DNA of 64,000 bases, taken from assembly GCA_964622255.1 (NCBI GenBank), contig CAZUPK010000012.1, forward strand, positions 279-64,278, read 5' to 3'. The DNA is from an uncultured Campylobacterales bacterium. GTDB lineage: Bacteria > Campylobacterota > Campylobacteria > Campylobacterales > QNZT01. Position 1 is the stretch's first letter; each line of letters begins with the position of its first letter. The notes under the pieces were generated by a model. The model was given only the letters and a program-made list of their open reading frames with translations, made no database searches and was not told the origin of the DNA. Positions 1 through 8,486 of this stretch are shown piece after piece. The position numbers and the translations under genes are program-made.

Positions 1-748
1 AGTGAGTTCCTATCCTTGGATCTAAACCTACACCTTTTATGATCTGTTCACTGTTTAAATTATGAGCTAAAGCATAACTATCAAGTTCGTTAAAAAATGC
101 TACCCTCATAGCAAGATATGTATTTGCAAAAAGTTTTATAGCTTCAGCTTCTGTTGGATCTGTAAAAAGCACCTCTACATCTTTTTTCTCTGCTCCCTCC
201 TTTAACAAAGATGCAAACTCTTTTGCTCTCTCACTCTTTTCCCCTACTATTATCCTACTTGGATAAAGATTATCGTGCAAAGCTCGTCCCTCTCTTAAAA
301 ACTCCGGAGAAAAGATGATGTTGTTAGTTTTAAACTTTTCTCGGACACTTTTTACATATCCAACTGGAATGGTTGATTTTATAATCATAGTAGCATTTGG
401 ATTTATCTCTAAAACATCTTTTATAACTGCTTCTATACTTTTTGTATTAAAGTAGTTAGTATCTGGATCATAGTCTGTCGGAGTTGCTATGATGATATAT
501 TTTGCACCTACATAAGCCTCTTTTTTATCAAGAGTAGCTCTAAAAGAATGTTGAATGTTTAATTTTAAATTTTCAATTGCTTTTGGTAAAAATTTTTCTA
601 TCTCTTTATCTTCTATTGGTGAGATACCTTTGTTTATCATCTCTACTTTTTCAGGGACTATATCAAGTGCTACCACTTCGTGGTTTTGGGCTAAAAGTAG
701 TCCGTTGCTTAGTCCTACATATCCTGTTCCTGCTATGGCTATCTTCAT
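1..748 (-). CDS. ugd: UDP-glucose 6-dehydrogenase (N-terminal ~249 codons; 3' end lies beyond the left edge)
   Basis: Minus-strand frame is open to the window edge, so it is absent from the ORF track. ATG at 746-748. N-terminus [35 protein letters not shown] (Rossmann GxGxxG). Downstream [24 protein letters not shown] is typical of the UDP-glucose/GDP-mannose dehydrogenase family. Confidence 0.85.
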   Translation of the reverse strand, partial: MKIAIAGTGYVGLSNGLLLAQNHEVVALDIVPEKVEMINKGISPIEDKEIEKFLPKAIENLKLNIQHSFRATLDKKEAYVGAKYIIIATPTDYDPDTNYFNTKSIEAVIKDVLEINPNATMIIKSTIPVGYVKSVREKFKTNNIIFSPEFLREGRALHDNLYPSRIIVGEKSERAKEFASLLKEGAEKKDVEVLFTDPTEAEAIKLFANTYLAMRVAFFNELDSYALAHNLNSEQIIKGVGLDPRIGTH

Positions 749-850
749 ATTTGTATTCCTTTGATTTTATACATTTATATATCTTTTTTTTCAATAGTTT
801 CGATAAACAATACCAACTTTTGATATATCTTTATAAGTTCATCAACTTTA

Positions 851-988
851 TTATAATAATTTTAAATTATCTACTATCTCATCTTGATTGAAACTATATT
901 CGTGGGCTATCTCGTTTCTTAGTTCTCTTAAATTAAGCCATTCATTTTTATCTATAAGTTCTAAACTCTCTTTTATCTCTTTTTTCAC
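851..988 (-). CDS. 45-codon HEPN-motif mini-ORF (probable remnant of the toxin of an MNT-HEPN pair)
   Basis: GTG at 986-988 overlaps the stop of the upstream nucleotidyltransferase frame (gtGA). Translation VKKEIKESLELIDKNEWLNLRELRNEIAHEYSFNQDEIVDNLKLL carries RNEIAHEY, an Rx4HxY HEPN signature. It is too short for a full HEPN fold and falls below the ORF-track size cutoff. Confidence 0.35.
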   Translation of the reverse strand: MKKEIKESLELIDKNEWLNLRELRNEIAHEYSFNQDEIVDNLKLL

Positions 989-1274
989 AACTTCACTCCA
1001 TATCTCATCGCTTCTTGCTTTATTATCCTTGTTTTATCTTTAGATATAATCAAATCGATCTTTTGATCTCCTATTCTTTGTTTTAATAATGCAAGGAATT
1101 TTAATTTTTTTCCTAGTCTGTTTTGTATATTTTGAGCATCTATATATAGATCGATATCACCACCTTTTTGGGTATCATCAACTCGACTGTGCCAAAAAGA
1201 TAAATATCACCATACTTAAAAACCTCATCATAAGTTTGTTTTATAGCTTTTACTTCTAACATAGACAATCTCAT
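985..1274 (-). pseudogene. minimal nucleotidyltransferase (MNT antitoxin-like), frameshifted
   Basis: From the ATG at 1272-1274: MRLSMLEVKAIKQTYDEVFKYGDIYLFG, then the frame is lost and hits a stop. Removing 2 nt at ~1187-1190 (ggcACagtcga) restores GSRVDDTQKGGDIDLYIDAQNIQNRLGKKLKFLALLKQRIGDQKIDLIISKD..., which is the G[GS]x9-13DxD nucleotidyltransferase-fold signature. Confidence 0.65.
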
Positions 1275-1498
1275 TTATACACCCTTTTAATAACTCAAAA
1301 TTTTCGGGATATAATACCTAACTCTCTCTTACATTTTGATAGCAACTTTCATAACTTAACCTCGTTAAATCTATTTTTAATATCTCACAAGTTTTTTCAA
1401 ATAACTTTTATCTAAAATCTAAAACCTCTTTTACCTCTTCTCTTAATGGCGGTTTCTTTTGCACTAGCTTCGTTCATACCATACCTCTAAAACCTTTT

Positions 1499-1879
1499 CT
1501 AAAACCTTTTTGATGGGAAGTTATCATATAGCCAATTTGCTATCCTCTCAACTTCTGCTTCACTAACAGCACCTTTTTGAGATGGCATAAGTCCAAATCT
1601 TGCTATTTTTTGAGGCATACATACAGCTTTATCTTTTGACGGACCAAAAACATAATCTTTTATAAAACTAACCGCTTTTTCTTTTGTCGGATACCTCATC
1701 TTAACATGTCTTAAAACTCCCATTATTGGTGGAGCTACCACCTTTGACCTATCAATAGGTCTTGTTTTTATATGACAGGCACCACATTTTGAGTCAAAAA
1801 GTTTTTGAGCATCACTTGCTTGTAGTGATAGAGTTAGAGCCAAAACTAAACCGATAGTTAACATAGTCCTCATAATCAT
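1499..1879 (-). CDS. periplasmic monohaem c-type cytochrome
   Basis: Signal-peptide-like N-terminus (MIMRTMLTIGLVLALTLSLQA). Single CGACH haem-binding motif. Downstream Met residues could serve as the axial ligand. Confidence 0.8.
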   Translation of the reverse strand: MIMRTMLTIGLVLALTLSLQASDAQKLFDSKCGACHIKTRPIDRSKVVAPPIMGVLRHVKMRYPTKEKAVSFIKDYVFGPSKDKAVCMPQKIARFGLMPSQKGAVSEAEVERIANWLYDNFPSKRF

Positions 1880-1937
1880 CTCCTCATTTTAGATTTTATA
1901 CCCGCATCATACTACAAACAAGTAAACTAAATATAAA

Positions 1938-2681
1938 CTACTCTCCACTCTCTACCGGTCCGCTATATGAGATGATGCCTCTTGTAAAGTTTGAAACATG
2001 TTTATATCCCATACTAAGCATCACTTGCTGACAATAAGCACTTCTACTTCCTGTAAAGCAATAAAGTATGATGGGCATATCTTTTTTATCCTCTATATTT
2101 GCGAGAGCTTCATAAAAACTTGTTGTAGGCACTAAATAATCAGTTCCAACTATCCTTTGTTGAATCCACTCCATCCACTCTCTAACATCTACAAGTAAAA
2201 AATCCACCATACCAAGTTCTCTAGCTTCTAGTAGTGACTCAAGCTCATCTCCATCTAGTTGAGGATGGCTCAAAAGCTCTTCACACTCCTCTTTGGTAAG
2301 TCCTCTTGAGTGAGTGTGAGCTACCTCTTCGGCTTTATTTTCAGTCTTTTTTTGCTTGGCATACTCCAAAGTGCAGAAAATCCCACAGTGACAAACACCT
2401 TTGTTTGGTATTTCATCTTCAAGTGCAGGTTTACAAGGGCATATCCTACCATCTACACTTTTATACTTTCCATCTTCATCCTCTTCAACCATAAAACATG
2501 GACAAAATCTTTTTCCATATATCATCTTATTTCTAGCAAGTCCAAAAGTTATCGACTCATTTATCTCATCATCCGGATTAAAAACTAAGTTGAAGTTTTC
2601 ACAAACTTTTTTTGTAAATTTTTGAGTTTTCTCTAGTTCTACTATAAATTCATCAGAATTTACATCTATCTTTTTTATCAT
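1938..2681 (-). CDS. ferredoxin-thioredoxin reductase catalytic-domain / rhodanese fusion protein
   Basis: FCPCF, ICPCK and VCHCGIF form the CPC...CPC...CHC pattern of the FTR catalytic subunit. The C-terminal ~100 aa look like a rhodanese domain with active-site loop CFTGSRS. I prefer the ATG at 2679-2681 (GGGAG Shine-Dalgarno 5 nt upstream) over the TTG at 2693 used by the ORF track. Confidence 0.7.
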   Translation of the reverse strand: MIKKIDVNSDEFIVELEKTQKFTKKVCENFNLVFNPDDEINESITFGLARNKMIYGKRFCPCFMVEEDEDGKYKSVDGRICPCKPALEDEIPNKGVCHCGIFCTLEYAKQKKTENKAEEVAHTHSRGLTKEECEELLSHPQLDGDELESLLEARELGMVDFLLVDVREWMEWIQQRIVGTDYLVPTTSFYEALANIEDKKDMPIILYCFTGSRSAYCQQVMLSMGYKHVSNFTRGIISYSGPVESGE

Positions 2682-2748
2682 AATTGCTCCCAAAGTTATT
2701 TTAAAAATGGGATATTAACAAAAGAAGGTTAATAAAGCTTTAAAGCAA

Positions 2749-2767
2749 TGAGGGTGTAACTCCCTCA
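2749..2767 (-). terminator. possible weak terminator hairpin after ccoG
   Basis: tgaggg-tgtaact-ccctca gives a 6-bp stem. On the minus strand it is followed by ttgcttt. The T-run is weak. Confidence 0.3.
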
Positions 2768-2774
2768 CCACGAT

Positions 2775-4211
2775 TTATTTGTCTTGAGCCTTTTTGATAA
2801 GGTCATATCTAGGATATACAAAGGCTGTATCTCTTTTGACAACTATATGCTCTTTGTCATCAGTCGCATATGCTTTTATAGTAATAGGTATAGGAGTATC
2901 TTTTTTATCATTTTTTATTAATTCTTTAGTTGTATATAAAACAACAACTTTTTTTGCTTTCTTACCAGCATTTAATTGAAATGGTCTTGATGGTCTTGCA
3001 ATCTTAATATCCGGATGTCCTTCAACTTCAAAATAATATTTATGATTTTTTCTTTCAGTATTTTGAAACAAGAAGATATAAGCATTATTTACCCTTTTAC
3101 CATTATCTTTTATCTTATAAAGTTGAGTAGTTCTGTTGATATTTAAAAGCATATGTTCCTTTTTGCTTCCCATAATAAGAAGTCCTGTAAGTGCAACTGT
3201 TAGTGCAACACCATAAGCTATAGTCCTAAATCTAAAAAATTTGGGTCTTCTATGTTCTTTCACTGCAGAATAACTAGTCCAAGTAATAAGTGACTCTTTT
3301 CCTAAAGCTCCCATAACTTTTGTACAAGCATCAGCACACTCAAGACAGTTTATACACTCTAGTTGCATACCTCTTTTTATATCTATGTGAGTTGGGCAAA
3401 CTCTAACACAACTATCACACATAGTACACTCTGCATCAGACTCTTTTGCTTTTAACTCTTTTAGTGAGTGAACAAGTTTTGTTTCTTGATCTTCACTATA
3501 AATATGTCCACCTCTTTCAGTGTTATATATAGTTTGAATAGTCTCTTCATCATACATAACTGACTGAACCCTAGCATATGGACAAACATAGATACAAAAA
3601 TCCTCTTTAAGTTTTACTATATCATATATCAAGAAACCTGCTACTACCAATATAGTTGTAACCATAACCGTATGTTCACTCGGATTTTGAATATATTTCA
3701 TAAAATCCTCCGGCGGAACAAAGAACCAAATAAAATCAACAGCGGCAACAAATGCCAAAATAACCCACAGTAAAAATCCTATAGCTTTCTTACCACTTTG
3801 TCCTTGCGGTTCTTTTTGTTTGTTTTGGATACTTTTTCTAATACCAAGTAATTTTGTCTGTATCAAATCTCTATAGATAACTCTAAATATAGTTTGAGGG
3901 CAAAGCCAACCACACCAAACTCTACCACCAAGAGTTGTCATAAAAAAAACTCCCAAGAAACCAAATATAAGTAAAAATGGCATAACATAAAGCTCTTGCA
4001 TATCGAACTTTGTAAAAAACAGATGTATCTGTTTATGATCAAAGTTTAGTAGAAAAAAATGACCTCCATTTATCCTAACCCACGGTATAACCAATGCAAA
4101 TATAGTAGCTATTATAAAAGTATAATATCTTTTATATCTATATGGCATCCACCCCTTTAAATACTTTTTTGCTTCGTTCTTTTTGGAAGAACTTGTAACC
4201 TCTTGCTTCAT
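2775..4211 (-). CDS. ccoG: cytochrome c oxidase (cbb3) accessory protein CcoG/FixG
   Basis: N-terminal TM helices with a CGWLCP motif. Two ferredoxin-type clusters, CTMCDSCVRVCP and CINCLECADAC. One C-terminal TM helix followed by a periplasmic beta-rich domain. This is the typical CcoG/RdxA architecture. Confidence 0.85.
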   Translation of the reverse strand: MKQEVTSSSKKNEAKKYLKGWMPYRYKRYYTFIIATIFALVIPWVRINGGHFFLLNFDHKQIHLFFTKFDMQELYVMPFLLIFGFLGVFFMTTLGGRVWCGWLCPQTIFRVIYRDLIQTKLLGIRKSIQNKQKEPQGQSGKKAIGFLLWVILAFVAAVDFIWFFVPPEDFMKYIQNPSEHTVMVTTILVVAGFLIYDIVKLKEDFCIYVCPYARVQSVMYDEETIQTIYNTERGGHIYSEDQETKLVHSLKELKAKESDAECTMCDSCVRVCPTHIDIKRGMQLECINCLECADACTKVMGALGKESLITWTSYSAVKEHRRPKFFRFRTIAYGVALTVALTGLLIMGSKKEHMLLNINRTTQLYKIKDNGKRVNNAYIFLFQNTERKNHKYYFEVEGHPDIKIARPSRPFQLNAGKKAKKVVVLYTTKELIKNDKKDTPIPITIKAYATDDKEHIVVKRDTAFVYPRYDLIKKAQDK

Positions 4212-4358
4212 AACAACCCCTTGTTTATAATTTTGAGATTGTATTGTAATGTATTTTAACTAAAACGAAAGTAACAAAAGTGTCACTTTTATTATAAAAT
4301 TAATAATTATTATAAGGATGAGAAATATAAATAAGACTTAAAATATATTATGTGGAAT

Positions 4359-6386
4359 TTAAGCTGCTAATATAATATTTAAATATTTTTTTTCATAATC
4401 TTGAAAATATTCAAACTTCTGAGGTTTAAAAAAGTAAAACCCTTGTATATAATCACAATTTTTTGATTTTAAATAGTTATATTGTTCCTCTTTTTCAACA
4501 CCCTCAGCGATAACTTTTACCCCCAATGCTTTTGCCATAGAAATAATAGCATCTATTATAGGATTTTTATCTTTTTTCATATTTTTTATAAATGATTGAT
4601 CTATCTTTATAACATCAATAGGTAACTCACTTACATAACTCAAAGAAGAGTAACCTGTTCCAAAATCATCTATGGATATTTTTATGCCCATAGATTTAAA
4701 CTCTCGAAGTATCTTTGTAGTTAGCTCTAAGTTTTTCATAAAAACACTCTCTGTAAGCTCTAAGTTTAGATAGTTTGGATTATAATCATACTTTTTAAGA
4801 AGTGTTTTGATAGTATCAAGCAAATCACTTTGTAGAAGTTGCACTGCAGAGATATTTACAGAAATCTCAAAATCGCTCCAACCTTTATTATGAATACTCT
4901 TTGCTGTTTTTATAGACTCTTCTAAAACAAGTTTTCCTATCTCTAAGATAAGGTTATTATCTTCTGCCACAGGGATAAAATCAAGGGGTGGTATCTTTTT
5001 CAATCTAGAATGCTCCCATCTAACGAGTGCTTCAGCTCCCACTATCTCTTTTGTTTTACTATCAACTTGAGGCTGGTAAACTACAAAAAACTCACCATTT
5101 TTCAAAGCTTCTCTTAAATCTCTATCCATTTGTATCTTTTTTGTAAGTTCATCATACATACTTGGCATAAAATATCTAAAATCACTCCTTTTAGACTCTT
5201 TTGCTTTATCTAGTGCCATATCTGCCGAACTCATAAGCTTATCTAAGTCATTTGCATCACTAGGATAAAAACTAGCTCCGATACTTATATCAAAATTTAT
5301 ACTACTTCCATCTACCTCAAATGGCACTTTAAAAAGCTCCATAATACGATTTATAATTTTTGTTGAATCTAAATCATTTTCCAAATCATCAACTATGATA
5401 GCAAAACTATCACCACCAATTCTTGCAATAATATCATAGTCTCTAAGACTTGAGTTTAATCTCTTTGCAACCATTTGTAAAAGTATATCACCATAGTTCA
5501 TACCCAAAACAAGATTTATCGATTTAAAGTTTTTTATATCCAAAAGTAAAAGCATCAAGCTAGTATTTTTACCTCTAGCAACTTTATTCATACTATAAGA
5601 GAGTTTTTGCAAAAAAAGATTTTTATTTGGCAGATCAGTAAGTAAATCATAGGATGCTAAATAATCAAGCTTTTGAGCTTGTGAAAATTCTTTTGTCTGA
5701 TTATGAGAAGTTAAAAGGAGTCTCACATCTCTATGTTTATGATTGTAAAGTTTATACTCCCAATAAACAACTCTTTTGGACCCATCTTTACACTTTATAG
5801 GAAAATTATCTATTATTGAAAGATATTTTTTTCTAAAAGAATCTTGTAGTTGAGCTAAAATCTTTTCCTTATAAGCATTAGGTAAAAACAGTTCTACAAA
5901 ATTTCTATCAATCACCTCATCTTTTTTATATCCTGTAAGAAATGATGCTTGTTCATTAAAGCCTTTTATATACCCATTTTTATCCAAAACTATAACTACA
6001 TCTTTTGTCTCTTTTTCATTTACAATATCCCTTAAAAAGGTTCTTTTCTCTTTTTTTATAGAAAAAATCACAAAGGTTATATTATTTTTGTTATACCTGA
6101 CTACTGTATTTAAAAAACTAAGTTTTGCATCTTTTGTTTTAAACTCAACCTCTAAAAAATCAAATGTCTTCTTATCTCTTAAATCAGATAACATACCGTC
6201 TTTTGAATGAGATGGGATAATAGTATCAAACAAACTCTTTCCTACAATCTCACTCTCTTTATAACCCAAAAGATATTCACTAGCACTGTTCCAACCTGTG
6301 ATGTGATACCTTTTATCTATAGAAAAAAGCCCTATATCCCTCTCATTTTTATCCAAAAAACCGGCACATAAACCATTTACATCCAT
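4359..6386 (-). CDS. PAS-PAS-GGDEF(degenerate)-EAL c-di-GMP signalling protein
   Basis: Two PAS-like N-terminal segments. The GGDEF domain has a GGDSF A-site preceded by RDYD (RxxD) exactly 5 residues upstream. The EAL domain carries EALVRW, ELTES, DDFGTGYSSL, KIDQSF, EGVE and QGFYF. Confidence 0.85.
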   Translation of the reverse strand: MDVNGLCAGFLDKNERDIGLFSIDKRYHITGWNSASEYLLGYKESEIVGKSLFDTIIPSHSKDGMLSDLRDKKTFDFLEVEFKTKDAKLSFLNTVVRYNKNNITFVIFSIKKEKRTFLRDIVNEKETKDVVIVLDKNGYIKGFNEQASFLTGYKKDEVIDRNFVELFLPNAYKEKILAQLQDSFRKKYLSIIDNFPIKCKDGSKRVVYWEYKLYNHKHRDVRLLLTSHNQTKEFSQAQKLDYLASYDLLTDLPNKNLFLQKLSYSMNKVARGKNTSLMLLLLDIKNFKSINLVLGMNYGDILLQMVAKRLNSSLRDYDIIARIGGDSFAIIVDDLENDLDSTKIINRIMELFKVPFEVDGSSINFDISIGASFYPSDANDLDKLMSSADMALDKAKESKRSDFRYFMPSMYDELTKKIQMDRDLREALKNGEFFVVYQPQVDSKTKEIVGAEALVRWEHSRLKKIPPLDFIPVAEDNNLILEIGKLVLEESIKTAKSIHNKGWSDFEISVNISAVQLLQSDLLDTIKTLLKKYDYNPNYLNLELTESVFMKNLELTTKILREFKSMGIKISIDDFGTGYSSLSYVSELPIDVIKIDQSFIKNMKKDKNPIIDAIISMAKALGVKVIAEGVEKEEQYNYLKSKNCDYIQGFYFFKPQKFEYFQDYEKKYLNIILAA

Positions 6387-6442
6387 AAATTTTCCTTAAT
6401 TAGAGATAACTTATGGACATATCGACACTTTACAAAAAAGTT

Positions 6443-6943
6443 TTAATTGTATCCTCCGATTCCACAGCCAGAACCATATCCACCAACTACACCGGTATTT
6501 ATCTCTTCCTCTGTCGCATCCCTAACATCTTTGATAGTTACATCAAAAGCTAAATCTTTTCCAGCTAACGGATGGTTATAATCAACCGTTACACTGTCTT
6601 CATCAAAATCAGCCACTGTTACCATAACAGTTTGTCCACCTTCACTCTGTCCATATAATTGCATACCTTTTTCAAGCTCTATTCCTACAAACTGCTCTCT
6701 TGGTAGAGTTTCTAAGGCTTTTGGATCTCTTTCTCCATAAGCTGCTACTGCTAGAACCTCCACAACTCTACTGTCACCTTTACTCATAGTTTTTATAGAC
6801 TCTTCTAGTCCCGGGATTATCTGTCCTTTTCCAACTATAAACTCTAACGGAGCATATCCTTTGTTGCTATCTAAAATTTCACTTTCACCCATTTGGGTTA
6901 AGCTATACTCTATAGATACAACTTGATTGTCACTGATTGCCAT
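6443..6943 (-). CDS. slyD: FKBP-type peptidyl-prolyl cis-trans isomerase SlyD
   Basis: MAISDNQVVSIEYSL...FIVGKGQIIPGLEESI...HPLAGKDLAFDVTI matches an FKBP fold with an IF insert. The C-terminal tail is Gly/Cys-rich (GGYGSGCGIGGYN) rather than His-rich. Confidence 0.85.
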   Translation of the reverse strand: MAISDNQVVSIEYSLTQMGESEILDSNKGYAPLEFIVGKGQIIPGLEESIKTMSKGDSRVVEVLAVAAYGERDPKALETLPREQFVGIELEKGMQLYGQSEGGQTVMVTVADFDEDSVTVDYNHPLAGKDLAFDVTIKDVRDATEEEINTGVVGGYGSGCGIGGYN

Positions 6944-6979
6944 AATATTTCCTTTTTATTGATTAAGCACCGATTTTAG

Positions 6980-7849
6980 CTAAAGATTCTTAAGATACTT
7001 AGTTGCAAATTTTGCTTCCACTGTTTTTGGAAAAGCATCTTTTACAATATTTAAAAACTTTTCAGCTCCCTTTTTATCACCTTTGTTTTTAAAACTTATA
7101 CCCGTATGTAAAAGCAATTTTGGTAAAAATTTTGAATCATCTTTCAAATTTACACTCTTTTTATAAAAAGCTATAGCTTCATCATACTTCATTTGATAGT
7201 AAAAACACTCTCCCATTTTAAAGTAGGTATTGTAAAGATTGTATTTTTTTGATGATGCAATAAGATAGTTACCAAGTGCTTCTTTATATCTTTTTCTTTT
7301 AAAAAGCTTTTCTGCCTTTAAAAAAGCCTCCTTTGCACTTAGATTTCTATCTTTTATTATCTTTTTTTTCGTATAAGCTGTTTTCTCCTTTTTGTTTTTT
7401 ATTGCTCCCTCTTTTGGAGGTTTCAATTTTTTATAATCTTTTGTTCCACCTTTAGAATAGGACAGCAGCGATATAAGTTTTTCTATAGAACCCTCTATAT
7501 TTTTAAATCTTCTATCATTTTCTTTTTCAATATCATCTATTCTTTTTCTTAACTTTAAAATTTCATCATTTAATAAAACACTTTGAGAACTCTCTTTCGT
7601 CGTTTGGTAAATCTTATCATTTGTAGATTCTACAATACTTTTTAAACCTTCAACACTCTCTTTAATAGAATCAAGTTGAAACTTCAACTTAATAAGCTCC
7701 TCTTTATTTGCTTTTACCTCCCTTTGATTTTTAAAAATCAACTTCTCGCTCTCACTTAACTCAATATCTGCAACCCCTCCTCCCACACTATCAAATGATA
7801 ATGCAAAAAATTTTACAGATATAAAAAGAATAAAAATATATTTACTCAT
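6980..7849 (-). CDS. Tol-Pal system protein YbgF/CpoB-like (coiled coil + TPR)
   Basis: Signal peptide, a long coiled-coil segment and C-terminal TPR-like repeats (YNTYFKMGECFYYQMKYDEAIAFYKK). Position immediately after pal. Confidence 0.65.
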   Translation of the reverse strand: MSKYIFILFISVKFFALSFDSVGGGVADIELSESEKLIFKNQREVKANKEELIKLKFQLDSIKESVEGLKSIVESTNDKIYQTTKESSQSVLLNDEILKLRKRIDDIEKENDRRFKNIEGSIEKLISLLSYSKGGTKDYKKLKPPKEGAIKNKKEKTAYTKKKIIKDRNLSAKEAFLKAEKLFKRKRYKEALGNYLIASSKKYNLYNTYFKMGECFYYQMKYDEAIAFYKKSVNLKDDSKFLPKLLLHTGISFKNKGDKKGAEKFLNIVKDAFPKTVEAKFATKYLKNL

Positions 7850-7850
7850 C

Positions 7851-8432
7851 TTAGTTTACAATTTTAAAATCAACTCTTCTATTTCGTTGCCAACAAGCAT
7901 CATTATGCTCGGCACAAACAGGTTTACCTTCACCATAGCTTACTATAGATATTTTAGATCTATCAACTCCACTTACAGCTAGTGCCTCTTTTGCACTCTT
8001 TGCTCTTTTAAGTCCTAGTGCATAATTATATTCATCAGTTCCCCACTCATCACAATTACCCTCTATTCTAACTTTAGAAACTCCTCTTGCCTTAATAATT
8101 TTTGCATTATTATATACTTTATCTAACTCTCTATCACTTATGACAAATTTATCAAATGCAAAATAAACCGGCTCTATACCATTAACATTTTCAATTGCTA
8201 CATTTTTACTATCGATTCCTACACTCTTGAGTTTTTCTATATCTTCATCAACGATTCCACTATCAATAGTATCTGTAGGCACACTATTGTGAATCTGAGC
8301 ATTTTCCTCTACTTTTTTTACAGGAGTATTCTTATTATTTATAACCACCGGCTCTACTTCAGGAGCCTTTTGACTACACCCACTAAATATCACACTAACA
8401 AATGCTACTAAGAAAAGCAAACTCTTACCCAT
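7851..8432 (-). CDS. pal: peptidoglycan-associated lipoprotein Pal (OmpA-C family)
   Basis: Lipobox FSGCS. The OmpA-like C-terminal domain has GNCDEWGTDEYNYALGLKRA and NRRVDF. Confidence 0.85.
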   Translation of the reverse strand: MGKSLLFLVAFVSVIFSGCSQKAPEVEPVVINNKNTPVKKVEENAQIHNSVPTDTIDSGIVDEDIEKLKSVGIDSKNVAIENVNGIEPVYFAFDKFVISDRELDKVYNNAKIIKARGVSKVRIEGNCDEWGTDEYNYALGLKRAKSAKEALAVSGVDRSKISIVSYGEGKPVCAEHNDACWQRNRRVDFKIVN

Positions 8433-8486
8433 CTTCCTCTTCCTTTTGTTTATTCAACTTAAATTATATAAGAAATCAAATTAATT

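Noticed and set aside
1275-1500. Possible additional gene upstream of the MNT pseudogene (fragments such as KPPLREEVKEVLDFR* and KLFEKTCEILKIDLTRLSYESCYQNVRES*)
   Set aside because: All frames are interrupted by stops within 20-45 codons, and I could not assign the fragments to a family. Treated as degraded sequence within the TA-remnant finding.
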